Source: Candidatus Latescibacterota bacterium
Lineage (GTDB): Bacteria; Latescibacterota; UBA2968; GCA-2709665
Direction of reading: 5' to 3'
Assembly (NCBI GenBank): GCA_965226795.1
Contig: CBDDDZ010000005.1
Location: 2,208,001 to 2,272,000, forward strand
Length of the DNA: 64,000 nucleotides
In this document: one piece after another, positions 46,768 through 57,752 of the stretch
Layout: every line of letters starts with the position of its first letter
How positions within the stretch are numbered: position 1 is the stretch's first letter
Notes under the pieces: model-generated
The model's input: the letters and a program-made list of their open reading frames with translations, nothing else
What the model was told of the DNA's origin: nothing
Database searches by the model: none
Made by a program: the position numbers and the translations under genes

Positions 46768-48189
46768 TCAGTTCTGAGGATCGGGATGGACGTCGGAGGC
46801 CAACTCGCGCAACACGTCGACCGCCAGGAGCACGTCCTCCCTACGACAGTCGAACTGCCCGACCTGGAAGCGGATGACGAACTGCCCCTCGTGGATCGTA
46901 TGCGTCAGGTAGATCCGGCCATCGTCGTTCACCGAACGGAGCAGACGTTCGGTGGCTTCGCTGGCACTTTCGCCGACGGGGGCGTACTGGAAGGTGAAGA
47001 GCGACAGTCGACACTCCGTCGTCAGGCGGAATCCGTCCAGCGATGCGATTGCGGCGGCCGCCTCCTCGGCCCACGAGATATGGTCCCGGATGCGTTGGCG
47101 GAGGTCTTCGAGACCGTGAGCGCGGAGCAGAAACCAGAGCTTGAGGGCCCGGAACCTGCGCCCCAGGGGGATCGTCCACTCGCTATAGTTGGTAATCTCG
47201 GACTGGCCGAGTGTCTGGAGATAGTCCGGCCGAATGCCCAGGGTGCGGACCTGCGGTTCCGGGTCCGCGAGAAACTGGATCGAGCAGTCGAACTGAGCGC
47301 CGAGCCACTTGTGGGGATTGAAAACGATGCTGTCTGCGTTCTCGATCCCCGTCCACACCCCCCGTAGCTCGGGGCAGATCATCGCGGAACCGGCCCACGC
47401 CGCGTCGACGTGGACGTAGAGATCATACGCTCGCGCGACTTCGATGGCCTCGTGCAACCGGTCTGATGCGCCGATCGACGTGCCCCCGACACACAGTACC
47501 ACGCCGGCCGGGAGGAATCCCGCCGCGCGATCATCATCGATCGCTACGCGAAGCGCCTCCGGGTCGAGCGCGCCTGAACCGTCGGTCGGGACCTTGACGA
47601 GATTCCGCTGGCCGATCCCGGCGATCCGTACCGCCTTGTCGATGGACGAGTGGGTCTCCAGCGAGGCGTAGATCCTGAGTTGTTGCTCCCCCGCCATTCC
47701 GGAATCGGTTCCTCGCCAGCCGAGCGCGTGCTCCCGCATTGTCAGAACGGCGCAGAGATTCGCCGTCGTTGCCGTGTCCTGGATCACCCCCTGGAACCCT
47801 TCCGGCAGTCCGAGCGCCTGGCGCATCCAGTCGACCATGCGCGTCTCGATCTCCGTCGCCGCGGGCGAGGTCTGCCAGAGCATGCATTGGGCCGCCATGA
47901 CTGCCGTCAGGTTCTCGGCGACCATCGAAACCGGTGCGGCGCTGGCGGGGAAGTAGGCGAAAAAGCGCCGGTGTTGCCAGTGGGTCATGCCGTCCGGCAC
48001 GATGCGCTCGAAGTCGGCGAAGATCGTCTCCATGTCCACCGGCGCTTCAGGCGGCGCCGCGGGCAGCATCGCGGCGATCTCGCCGGGTCGGGTCTGCGCC
48101 CGGACCGGCCGCTCCTCCAACGTAGACAGATAGTCCGCGCCCCACCTTGCGGCACGTTCGGCCCATCGAAAATAATCTTCTCTTTTCAT
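46768..48189 (-). CDS. PLP-dependent aromatic L-amino-acid decarboxylase family
   Basis: MTHWQH..FFAYFP, SPAATEIE, HVDAAWAG, NPHKW, GRRFRALK. Confidence 0.92.
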   Translation of the reverse strand: MKREDYFRWAERAARWGADYLSTLEERPVRAQTRPGEIAAMLPAAPPEAPVDMETIFADFERIVPDGMTHWQHRRFFAYFPASAAPVSMVAENLTAVMAAQCMLWQTSPAATEIETRMVDWMRQALGLPEGFQGVIQDTATTANLCAVLTMREHALGWRGTDSGMAGEQQLRIYASLETHSSIDKAVRIAGIGQRNLVKVPTDGSGALDPEALRVAIDDDRAAGFLPAGVVLCVGGTSIGASDRLHEAIEVARAYDLYVHVDAAWAGSAMICPELRGVWTGIENADSIVFNPHKWLGAQFDCSIQFLADPEPQVRTLGIRPDYLQTLGQSEITNYSEWTIPLGRRFRALKLWFLLRAHGLEDLRQRIRDHISWAEEAAAAIASLDGFRLTTECRLSLFTFQYAPVGESASEATERLLRSVNDDGRIYLTHTIHEGQFVIRFQVGQFDCRREDVLLAVDVLRELASDVHPDPQN

Positions 48190-48511
48190 AAGACGGCGGG
48201 TACACCTCGCAATGTCGTCGTTGGGGAAGTTGTGTCCTTGTTTTCCGCTCTTCCAATATAACAAAATCGCTTCAAAACCACTATTCTTCGTAATTCCAAT
48301 TGCGGAAACGGACTTACAACGGGCAGATGTGCAAAATATGGGGTCCTGCGGGCATTGTTTGGACTGTCCTGTAGCGGACATGGTATAGAACTTGAAACAG
48401 GGACCGGGATTGTATAGCTTGATACCAGACCGGTTTCGCTCCGTCGCAGCGCCCGGGCCTGCTAAGCATTAGGTTGAAGTTCCACCTCCCCCCGACGTCC
48501 CCTATTCCCTT

Positions 48512-48610
48512 GTCCTTTTTCTTATTCGCGTAAGAAAAAGGACCAAAAAGAACCGCGCCTGCCTGCCGAGCACGACTCGGCGCAGGCAGGCCGCTCGGCG
48601 CGGAGCCGGT
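48512..48610. repeat. Intergenic hairpin repeat carrying an inserted CCTGCCTGCC...GCAGGCAGG palindrome
   Basis: GTCCTTTTTCTTA-TTCGCG-TAAGAAAAAGGAC hairpin; palindrome 48558-48590 also present inside the intron at 18999-19028. Confidence 0.65.
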
Positions 48611-49256
48611 TTTTCCGTGAATCTCGTCAGGGGCACAAATGGAAATTGGTTGCCCTGCGACCGCTGCGGGAACTACCTACCTACGGAGATGTACGGAATG
48701 ACACGGAAAAACCCCCAACACCCGGACTGTTCACGTGAGGGGTGAACCGCTCCTGTAAACAAAGTTATGTGCTTTCTCGTACCGTGATATTGCTGTTCGG
48801 ATCAGCGCGGAGAACCAACCTCAACCCGCGCAGCGGGTGACCTGTTGTTCCGAGGGTTTATGCGGAACAACCAGGGACGCCGGGTTCTGGCGTTCGAGGC
48901 TGATGGTGAGCGGCGCGAATTCTGCCGCGAACAAACCCACCTCTCCGCCACCGGCCGCCCGAGGGAAGAATTGCAATACGATGGTGATGCTGGACCTTAT
49001 AACGCGGAGAAACAACCTCCGCCCGCGTCCTGGTGTTTTCATCTCCCATTGAAGTCGTCGGACCGTGTCGCTAACCGGTGTCGGCTGAATACTGGCACGT
49101 AGCTGCCGATCGCAAGTTTTGATGTTTTGGCAAAAAACGACTGAGCTATATTGCCACCGCTATCGAAAAATTGCCACCGGTAAGCATAGCCCATAGAACA
49201 GAGATTACAGTCGCCGACTTCGTACAAGGACCCCCAATTATCGAGAGAAACTACCA

Positions 49257-50530
49257 ATGGATACACTTCCAATGCCTTCCCGTCCCGACCTTGCACAATA
49301 TGTGAAACGCTCCGAGGATCTTGTCAACTCGGCGCAGTCCGAAAATACCAGCGCGCTAAAGGAGTTCTGCAACGATTGGCTTGAGAAGATTGTCCGTATC
49401 TCCGGACCCGACCTGACGGATTTTATACAGGGCAGCTATCAGCGCGCCATCGGCGAAGTTGAAAAAGGCGCACGTGAAATGAAGGAGAAGGCGGGAAAGG
49501 GTGGCCGGGAATTCGGGCTTGCCGACGCGCAATTTCTCATTGCGCGGGCCCACAGTTTCGAGAGTTGGAACGCGTTTGCCGTCCACGTCGACCTTGCCTC
49601 GCGCGAGACTCCCGATGGGGCTGAGTTCGAGGTCACGGCCGATGCCGTGGCTGACGGGGATCTCCCGCAACTCGAGTCGCTGCTGCGCCGGAATCCGGCG
49701 TTGGCGCATGCCCGCTCCAATCGTGAACATCGGGCGACGCTGCTATATTACCTCGCCGCCAACGGCGTGGAGGACTTTCGCCAGCGGTCTCCCGCCAATG
49801 CGCCGGAGATCGCGCGGCTGCTGCTGGACGCCGGCGCCGAGGTGGATGCCCTGTGCGGGCCGGGTGAATCGGGAGACACGCCCATGTTGGCGCTGGTGAC
49901 GAGCGTTCATCCACACTATCGCGGCGTCGCGACCGAACTGATCGAGATATTCGTCAAGGCGGGTTCCAAAGTGGACGGGGTCAACGGGGACGGCGCGCCG
50001 GTACGCCTGGCCCTCAAGTTCGGATATCCCGAATCGGAAGCCGCCCTGGTGCGTCTCGGCGCAGAGGTTAAGACCGTCGCGATGGCCGCCGGTCTGGGCA
50101 GGCTGGAGCTGACGAGGGAATTCGTTGAAGAACGCGGCGTATCTGAGGCGGAGCAGGCAGCCTCGTTTGAAGATGCCTGTCGGTTCGGACGGACGGATAC
50201 CGCCGAATACCTTCTGGCAAAGGGCGCCGACGTGGACGGACAGGGCACGTGGAAGATGACAGGCCTGATGTGGGCAGCTTCCAAGGTCATATCGACACCA
50301 TGGCCATGATCCTCGGTCACGGTCCCTCGCTCGAATTGAGGAACGAGTTCGGAGGAACCGCGATGGGAACGGCCCTGCATTTCGCGATCAATTCGCCGAA
50401 CCCGGGGGCCGACCATTCGGCTGTGATCGACCTGCTCCTGAAGGCGGGAGTGAAGTTCGAGGGACCCAGGAAAGGAACCGGTGTCGCGAATCTGGACACC
50501 GTGCTTCGCAGGCACGGTCGGATTGACTAG
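49257..50530 (+). CDS. Ankyrin-repeat protein, frameshift near 50285
   Basis: N-terminal PSRPDL...LADAQFLIAR..SFESW domain; LLDAGAEVD, LLAKGADVD, TGLMWA; continues as GTAMGTALH...LLKAG in the next frame. Confidence 0.85.
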
Positions 50531-50690
50531 ACCCGCAATCCGTCCACAGGCATCATCGGAAGAAAATCAAGGCGCGGCCAGGACGGCTGCGCTTTTCTGT
50601 TGGTGAACGCGAATGGCATTGCCACGTAATGTTTGCCGATCTGAGAACCTCGAGCTCGGCCGCTGAGCCTGAACCCTGAGCCAGTTGCCC

Positions 50691-51119
50691 CTAAGGCCTG
50701 ACCTGAGCCGCCCCCTGAGCCTGTCGAAGGGTCGGCGAAGGGTGTTGAAGCGCGGCGAGCGGTTGCCGAATACCAGAGCACCAACGGCCCGCAGCGAAAT
50801 CCGCTCTGTCAAGGGACAGTTTACTCTTTCTGTGTGATTCCATTGCCTCCAAAAGCAAGTCGATCTTGTCGTCATAGTTGGCGACAAGCTTTGGAAGCGC
50901 CCGGAAATCGGCCAAGAAAAAATCGAAACGATCGAACAAAGATCCGTCCTCACCGGCTTCGCCATGACGCCAGATTTCTTCATCGGACGCCTCCACAGAC
51001 AGATGAAAGAACCAGCAGTCCTGTAGCTCATCGGTACCGCAATACCACATATCACGGGTATCCTGGTCCAGGAACCGCTCATAGGTACGAGAAATAGGAA
51101 TCGTGCCTCCCGGTTCCAT
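50691..51119 (-). CDS. Hypothetical protein, 3' end runs into the nested repeat
   Basis: GGAG RBS; terminal LRQAQG residues derive from the repeat. Confidence 0.45.
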   Translation of the reverse strand: MEPGGTIPISRTYERFLDQDTRDMWYCGTDELQDCWFFHLSVEASDEEIWRHGEAGEDGSLFDRFDFFLADFRALPKLVANYDDKIDLLLEAMESHRKSKLSLDRADFAAGRWCSGIRQPLAALQHPSPTLRQAQGAAQVRP

Positions 51120-51533
51120 TTTGTCTCCTTATCGTGCGTCATTCACTTCCATATTTTCCATTTTCACTTTGCAGTTGAATCGAACCGTCTCCCGCCAACG
51201 ACCCGACGGTATGGGTGCAAACGGCGGTTCAGACGGTCAACTTCGCAGCCTCCGACATCGCGTCGTCCGGAAGCAACTACATCAATTTCATCCTGGCCCT
51301 GACCCGTCCGGCGACACCTGAACCCACGGCGACGCCCGGCGTTCATTCCGTGGTCGTCGAGCCTCAATGGTATTACCCGGAGTTTGCACTGCATGCGACG
51401 GACGCGTGCAAGGACGAACCCATGCGCTCTGCGGATGAGGACGGTTGGGGCTATGACCTGGAAAACCGGACATCGTACGAGTACTCTCTTACCGTGAGTT
51501 CCCGTCGCCTTCCTGACTTTGCGAACGACATGC

Positions 51534-51562
51534 TTGACAATTCGCACATAATGCTTTATGCT
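51534..51562 (+). promoter_or_regulatory. Sigma70-type promoter of the four-gene operon
   Basis: TTGACA (51534-51539), 17 nt spacer, TATGCT (51557-51562); ~140 bp upstream of ATG 51703. Confidence 0.7.
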
Positions 51563-51702
51563 GAATTAACCACGCCACCACAGGGCTAAATTGGCTATTT
51601 TGATGACGAGGAACAGTGAGATGTTCCGGTCATGGCTGTGTTTACGCCACCGATTGATCATGTCGCTGGTTCGGCAGGTCTTTCAAACCCAGGAAACACG
51701 AT

Positions 51703-52503
51703 ATGGACAGTATCGAACAAGCATTTGACAACTCCGAAAATGCAGCGAAATCAGCCCTCCAATCCGCTACCAACCTGGTGAAGTTGTCCAGACGTCTGCA
51801 AAAGGCGGCCAAAGAGGGTAACATCGCTGTAATCAAGAAGTCCCGAGGCGGATTTAACGACGCCCTGGAGAACCTGACGCAGGTGGTGGCAGACGCTGTC
51901 CAATCCTGGCCCTATGGAGATGAAGAAGTGGAAGAATACCTCAAGGGTGGCTATACTGAGGAACTGCGTCGTGCCGCCTCGGAAATGGGCCTGGAAATCC
52001 ATGAACGGGACAAGCAGTTGATCTCACACCCGTCCACCTTGCGAATTTTAACCGAGGATGAGGCGGTCCGAATCGACAACAAGAAGATCTCGACCATTAA
52101 GCCGTCCTACCTGGTCGATCTGCTGATCGCGAATCAGAGGAAGCGCAGCCGCTTCTCGGCTAAACGCTTTCTGGAGGCCCTGTACAAAGTGTACTCGGAG
52201 CTTGTGAATGAAGATTCTTCGGACGGACTCATGACGGGCGGCTCCGGGCGCGTGGTACTTTTGGCCAGAATCTACAGGTTGTTCACGTCTCTGCCGGGCA
52301 GTGGACGAGATTATGCTCAAATTGACTTTGCCCGTGATCTTTACCAGTTGGAAACAAGCGGAGTCTCTAAGACGACGTCAGGCGCCAGTATATTCTTCCA
52401 CGCATCCACGGGAACCCGGGGCGCCAGAAACGTCTTCACCTTTGTCGGGCCGCACGGCCAGGACATCAAGTACTACGGCATTCGATTTACAAGGGATGAC
52501 TGA
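51703..52503 (+). CDS. Uncharacterised protein, first gene of the DUF2791/SNF2 operon
   Basis: 266 aa, AGGA RBS, helical N-terminus; stop overlaps next start (TGATG). Confidence 0.8.
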   Translation: MDSIEQAFDNSENAAKSALQSATNLVKLSRRLQKAAKEGNIAVIKKSRGGFNDALENLTQVVADAVQSWPYGDEEVEEYLKGGYTEELRRAASEMGLEIHERDKQLISHPSTLRILTEDEAVRIDNKKISTIKPSYLVDLLIANQRKRSRFSAKRFLEALYKVYSELVNEDSSDGLMTGGSGRVVLLARIYRLFTSLPGSGRDYAQIDFARDLYQLETSGVSKTTSGASIFFHASTGTRGARNVFTFVGPHGQDIKYYGIRFTRDD

Positions 52504-53471
52504 TGCACAACACAATCTCCATCTCTCTTAAGGACTGGCTGCAGGTTATTAACGAAGAGTACCTTTCGTCTTTCGTCCGTGGTGGCGGCGCGTCGATCAA
52601 ATTCGCAGTGCCATCAGACGAGGGGTCCAGGGCTGGTATGTACGAAAAAATGGAGGCCCATTGCCATGAGTTGGACTATCTTTTCATTAAACTGAACGCG
52701 GGTACAATGCGTGCCCATATGCCGCAGGACTTCTTTTTTATGATCGCCAGGCAAGTCGATTGGCGGCTATTGGCTCGCCGCATGATTTTGGGGATGGCCG
52801 CCGAGCAGGGCTACCAGATTGGTGGAATCCGCCCCGGCGTAGACGGCAACGTCTTCGACGCCATCGCGACAGTCAACGGTCTCGAATCGGAGTTCGTGCT
52901 CGGAAACCTGAGGCTGACGATACAGAACACTGTCTTCAAGAACACAAAGATGGCGAGAGATTTCCGGATGTGTATGAGCCATCTTTGCATGGAAGAATAC
53001 AGCCGTGGCGGGTATACTGGCGAGCCGCTCCTGGAGTGGCTGACGGGTGAGAACACGCGAATTAGTGGCGTCCGGCCCTTTTCCATCTACACCAGTATCA
53101 ATCGTAACACGGCCAGATACTTCATCGAATCGGCCCTCTACTGGATTCATCATGTGGGGCACTCCGGAACTGTAGTATTGTTTGACAACGCACGCGTAAC
53201 GGTGGCTAGAAATCCGAAGGACGATCTGCGCTACTACACCAGAGCCATGGCGATGGAACACTACGAGTTACTGCGGGAATTTATCGACGGCGTTGACCGG
53301 TTGACGAGCACGGTACTGGTGGTCGTAACCAACAACGACTTCCTCGACGACAGTGGCGATCGCAGGTCCCGAGGCTACGGGATATATGAGGCCCTGCGCA
53401 CCCGCGTGATGGACGATGTTCGCGATAGGAACAGGGTCAATCCGGTCGCATCCCTGGTGAGGCTGACATAG
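52503..53471 (+). CDS. DUF2791/BrxD-like P-loop protein with degenerate Walker motifs
   Basis: EEYLSSFVRGGGASIKF with no GxxGxGK; VVLFDN at Walker B; YELLREFID; YEALRTR. Confidence 0.7.
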   Translation: MHNTISISLKDWLQVINEEYLSSFVRGGGASIKFAVPSDEGSRAGMYEKMEAHCHELDYLFIKLNAGTMRAHMPQDFFFMIARQVDWRLLARRMILGMAAEQGYQIGGIRPGVDGNVFDAIATVNGLESEFVLGNLRLTIQNTVFKNTKMARDFRMCMSHLCMEEYSRGGYTGEPLLEWLTGENTRISGVRPFSIYTSINRNTARYFIESALYWIHHVGHSGTVVLFDNARVTVARNPKDDLRYYTRAMAMEHYELLREFIDGVDRLTSTVLVVVTNNDFLDDSGDRRSRGYGIYEALRTRVMDDVRDRNRVNPVASLVRLT

Positions 53472-53485
53472 GAAGGTGGAAGGCA

Positions 53486-54754
53486 GTGGCAGTTTGCGCC
53501 GATAAACACAAATTCGCCTCCAGGCGAGCCCTGGAGGCTCTCCGAAACGGCGTACCCAACAGGGACGCAGTGAAGATATTGGGCTGCAACCAGCCTGAGG
53601 CTGAAGATCAGTTCGAAGACATGTTGAACAGGGCTACAGAAGGCGTCGACCTTTCGTCCGGCACTTTCGGGATGCTGGTCTCCGGCGATTTCGGCTCCGG
53701 GAAGTCTCACCTGCTTACTCACCTGGAAGATCAGGCCCTTTCCCGGGGTTTCGTCTGTAGCAAGGTGACCATCAGCAAGGAGACGCCGCTATACGACTTG
53801 GGCAAGGTATTCAAGTCGGCCGTGGATAACGCCCAGATGCCCGACCGCACCGGCCGGTTGATGGAGGAACTGGGACAGGCGTTGAAGCCCGATTCACAAA
53901 AATACGCCGGTTTCTTTAAGTGGGCAAACGACTCCGGCTCTAACGGGCTGAGCCAGATGTTCCCCGCCAGTCTGCTCGTTCACGAACGGGCGGGCGACCT
54001 CGAGCTGAACAACGAGATAGAGAACTTCTGGGCGGGTGACAGAATTTACATTTCCCGGGTCAAGAATGGCCTCAGGCAGATAGGGCAAAAGCAGAGTTAC
54101 ACCTTCCGAGCGCCCAGGGCCGCCGACCTGCCGCCCCAGCGTCTCCGTTTCGCCGTCCAGCTGATCAAGGCTGCTGGTTACAAGGGCTGGGTGGTGCTGC
54201 TGGACGAGATCGAACTCGTCGGTTCGTACTCTCTCCTGCAGCGGGGAAGGTCTTACGCCGAGCTGGCTCGCTGGCTGGGACAGGCCGCCAGCGGGTCCTA
54301 TCCCGGGCTGAGAACCGTGGGTTCCGTCACCAACGATTTTGCTTCCGCAATCATCACGGATGGAAAAAAAGACCGCGACTACGTGGTACCAAAGTTGGAT
54401 AGTACGGATCGTTACGAAAGTTTGAAGGTAGACGCCGATACCGGTATGAGATTGCTCATACGAGGATGTTCGCCGTTGAATCAACCAACAGACGCGGACG
54501 TTCAACTGACCATGGAGAATCTACGGAGACTCTACGCCGACGCCTACGGCTGGGATGCTCCCCCGGTGCCAATAAGGGCCGGCGGCGCCGGGTATCAGAA
54601 CCGGATGCGCTACAAGGTCCGCGCCGCCATCAACGAATGGGATTTGATGCGGCGCTATCCCGATTACCAACCCAACACCGAGGGCGAGGAGTTCCGACAC
54701 CCCTATGCAGAGAACGCCGACCTCGAACGAGAGTCCCGGGACGACACTGATTAG
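53486..54754 (+). CDS. DUF2791/BrxD-like P-loop ATPase
   Basis: RRALEALRNGVP, GDFGSGKSH Walker A, ISKETPL, VVLLDEIE Walker B. Confidence 0.85.
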   Translation: MAVCADKHKFASRRALEALRNGVPNRDAVKILGCNQPEAEDQFEDMLNRATEGVDLSSGTFGMLVSGDFGSGKSHLLTHLEDQALSRGFVCSKVTISKETPLYDLGKVFKSAVDNAQMPDRTGRLMEELGQALKPDSQKYAGFFKWANDSGSNGLSQMFPASLLVHERAGDLELNNEIENFWAGDRIYISRVKNGLRQIGQKQSYTFRAPRAADLPPQRLRFAVQLIKAAGYKGWVVLLDEIELVGSYSLLQRGRSYAELARWLGQAASGSYPGLRTVGSVTNDFASAIITDGKKDRDYVVPKLDSTDRYESLKVDADTGMRLLIRGCSPLNQPTDADVQLTMENLRRLYADAYGWDAPPVPIRAGGAGYQNRMRYKVRAAINEWDLMRRYPDYQPNTEGEEFRHPYAENADLERESRDDTD

Positions 54755-54789
54755 AAGGCGACCATTTCTCCTTCCTGGGGTATACTGAA

Positions 54790-56922
54790 TTGCCGGAACT
54801 TTTTAATGAACTTAAATCGGTGAATACGGGATCCGGCGCGGTGGCCTGGCTGCGGTTCGTCGAAGAAAAGGGCGGTAAAGGCATACGGGCGGCGCTATTC
54901 CAGACGTCCGCACAGGGTGAACCACTGGACTTCTGCTTCACCCGGACGATTTGCTCGGGGTCTGGCGGACAACTGGCAATCGTCAACCCGGGTTTCTTGC
55001 TATCGCTGGTAAAATCACTACTCAGAGCTATCACTTCGGTGCCAACGTTGATACTCGCTCGGGCCGATGAAGTACCTCATGGATCGATCAACGAAGAAAT
55101 AAAGGTACAAGTACCCTTTTGCCGTATCGCAACATCCGGTGTTCGGCCCAATGGCGAATCGGACGACCCTTATAACGAAGGCTATGAATTGCTTTGGGTT
55201 ACTGAAAAACCCAATCCGGATACCGAAGCGAGCCAACTTCTCGTAAAGATACTGGACCGGGGCAATCCCGCTGAACCTTTCGAACGGGCGACTGCAGGAT
55301 TGGACGTGGCCTTTGGCGACGATCGGATTCACGCTGTCACCGACCTTTCGGGTTTGGCCGTTGTAGTGAGCTTATCTTCATTGCCCGAACTCCTTGGATA
55401 TCCAGCCAGTGATTACTCGGCAATTCGTGAGAATATCCATAAGGCAAGTTCAGGCCCACGACCCGACGTAACTCTGGCCGAACGTTTGTGGACCGTTCTG
55501 GCCAATCCGCCGGAACCTTCGCGAACGATCCCGCTGCATTGGGCCGGTGACTTGATGCCCTTCCAGCAGCAGGGTGTCCGGGCTTTGCTGGAAAACCGCC
55601 GGCTGCTGTTAGCCGACGACATGGGCCTGGGTAAAACCGTACAGGCGATCACAGCCTTACGGATTCTCCGGGCACGTCGCGAAATCAAATCGTGCTTGAT
55701 CACGGCTCCTGCAAGCGTGCTGAACCAGTGGCGGCGCGAAATCGAAAAGTGGGCGCCTGAGCTTTCCGCCATCATCATCCGTGGTTCGGTATCGGACCGC
55801 AGTTGGCAGTGGCATGCCGAGAAAGAAATAACACTCGTGAGTTACGATACTCTGAGGTCCGACTTCAGCACCCAATCTCTGGTGGGTCGCAAAAACTGGG
55901 ATGTGGTCGTAGCGGACGAGGCTCAGAGGATCAAGAACCGCAACGATACGAGCGATGCCCTGAAGGGGTTGAAAAGAAATCGCTCCTGGGCTCTGACCGG
56001 CACCCCTATGGAAAATCGCGAAGAGGAGCTGGCCTCGATACTGGAGTTCGTTGATTATGACCGCACTGGAGTGACAAAGCGGTACCGTCCAGGTGTGGAA
56101 TTGCAGAGGCGTCACCGTGAGTTGCAGGTTCGACGCAAAAAAGCGGAGGTCTTGAAAGACCTGCCTGTCAAGCAGGTCACGAAGGTAGACATCGAGTTGG
56201 GCTCCCGCCAACGCGAGAGCTACGATAAGGCCGAACAGGAGGGCATCGTCTACCTCAAGTCTCTTGGCGCGGAAGTCAACGTGCGGCACGTGCTTGAGCT
56301 CATCACTCGCTTGAAGCAAATCTGCAATGCCGACCCAAAGACCGGTGAATCCAGCAAATTAGCAGACATCAAGGACCGCGTGGACCAACTGGTAGCACAG
56401 GGACACAAGACGCTAATCTTTTCGCAGTACGTCAGCGAAACATCCGGCGTGGGGGCCGTGGCCAACCATTTGCGGGATTTCATTCCGCTTACCATCACCG
56501 GAGACTTGCCTCAGCAGGAGCGAGCCGAAATCATCGAACGATTCAAAACCTGCAGCGAACACAAAGTGTTGGTACTGTCGCTGCGGGCGGGCGGTCTGGG
56601 ATTGAACCTGCAGGAGGCGTCCTACGTGATTCACCTGGACCGTTGGTGGAACCCGGCCGTGGAAAGTCAAGCCGAAGACCGAAGCCACCGCATCGGCCAG
56701 ACGGTCAAAGTCAACGTCATCAAGTATTCCTGCATCGGAACCATTGAGGAGCGTATTGACGATATTCTGGAGAACAAACGGGAACTGTTTAACCAACTCA
56801 TCGACGATGTGTCGATGGATCTGTCCGCCCAGTTGAACAGTGATGAACTTTTCGGGCTGTTCGGACTAGAACGGCAGCTCGACTCGTGCTTTCATCATAA
56901 AAAAGGACCAATCCAAAACTAA
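54790..56922 (+). CDS. SNF2-family helicase/ATPase with an unknown N-terminal domain
   Basis: LADDMGLGKT, DEAQ, LTGTPMEN, LIFSQY, RAGGLGLNL, WWNPA, QAEDRSHRIGQ. Confidence 0.92.
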   Translation: MPELFNELKSVNTGSGAVAWLRFVEEKGGKGIRAALFQTSAQGEPLDFCFTRTICSGSGGQLAIVNPGFLLSLVKSLLRAITSVPTLILARADEVPHGSINEEIKVQVPFCRIATSGVRPNGESDDPYNEGYELLWVTEKPNPDTEASQLLVKILDRGNPAEPFERATAGLDVAFGDDRIHAVTDLSGLAVVVSLSSLPELLGYPASDYSAIRENIHKASSGPRPDVTLAERLWTVLANPPEPSRTIPLHWAGDLMPFQQQGVRALLENRRLLLADDMGLGKTVQAITALRILRARREIKSCLITAPASVLNQWRREIEKWAPELSAIIIRGSVSDRSWQWHAEKEITLVSYDTLRSDFSTQSLVGRKNWDVVVADEAQRIKNRNDTSDALKGLKRNRSWALTGTPMENREEELASILEFVDYDRTGVTKRYRPGVELQRRHRELQVRRKKAEVLKDLPVKQVTKVDIELGSRQRESYDKAEQEGIVYLKSLGAEVNVRHVLELITRLKQICNADPKTGESSKLADIKDRVDQLVAQGHKTLIFSQYVSETSGVGAVANHLRDFIPLTITGDLPQQERAEIIERFKTCSEHKVLVLSLRAGGLGLNLQEASYVIHLDRWWNPAVESQAEDRSHRIGQTVKVNVIKYSCIGTIEERIDDILENKRELFNQLIDDVSMDLSAQLNSDELFGLFGLERQLDSCFHHKKGPIQN

Positions 56923-57463
56923 TGTAGAGATGGGGCACAGCGTGATTCGAGCGGTGACCGAAATGCGCGAGACGCAAACCTGCCGCGTGTTTGCAGTTCC
57001 GTGGCAGGCAATCCACACGTGTCCGCGCCTTGCTGTGCCGATCTCGCGATGGCGCACAGTGTGATGCTCAACCCTGCCCTTCGGCCAACGCCCTTTTGCT
57101 GTCGTATATCTACCAATAGACGATATAATGCGATTCCCAGACCCTCGAGCCAAAAGGAGATCTCACATTGCAGGCTCCGACACCGCAAGACAAACTGGCC
57201 GAATTTGACGCCCGCTCGTCGCGGATCGAGGGGATTGTTGAGCCGATGGATGCACGATTGAACAGCCTGCAGCACGACCGATGACGAGCAAGGCCAACGT
57301 AATATTTTGTCCTGGATTCGATGGCTTTTAGGAATCCAGATTACAAGCTTGATCACGCTTGGCACGCTCATTTTGATCGAGCTTGGATAACCCCAACTGC
57401 GGGTTTCCAATTCCGCGAATATAGACCCGCGGCCTCATTGAAGCCCCTTCGACAAGCTCCTAA

Positions 57464-57623
57464 CAGTCCGTTGAAAAAGTCGCTCTGCAGGCGAGGCCGA
57501 GTCATTGTGGCCAAAGACAAGGCGCGCGACCGCGTCGAATCGGGGGATTCGGGGAGGGAGTGCAACGCAGTAATTCGGCCACAAGGGCCGGACGCAGCCC
57601 GGATGGACTTTTTCAACGGGCTG
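57464..57623. mobile_element. 160 bp MITE (intact copy 2, inverted relative to copy 1)
   Basis: TIRs CAGTCCGTTGAAAAAGTC / GACTTTTTCAACGGGCTG; CTAA duplication at 57460-57463 and 57624-57627. Confidence 0.92.
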
Positions 57624-57752
57624 CTAAGTGTCGGTACTGATGCATCCGTCAACGTTCGGCGTTGCTTCGCCATCTTCATTGTTCCCTATTTTCAAAAAAG
57701 GAAATAGTCTCACTATTATATGCACCGAGGGGTATTGCCTTCTATCCCGCAA

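Noticed and set aside
48512..48543. Hairpin as a Rho-independent terminator
   Set aside because: Lies between divergent gene starts, is AT-stemmed and is part of a larger repeat
51703..56922. Calling the operon BREX or Shango
   Set aside because: No pglZ, pglX, brxC or TerB-domain gene, and the helicase is SNF2-type
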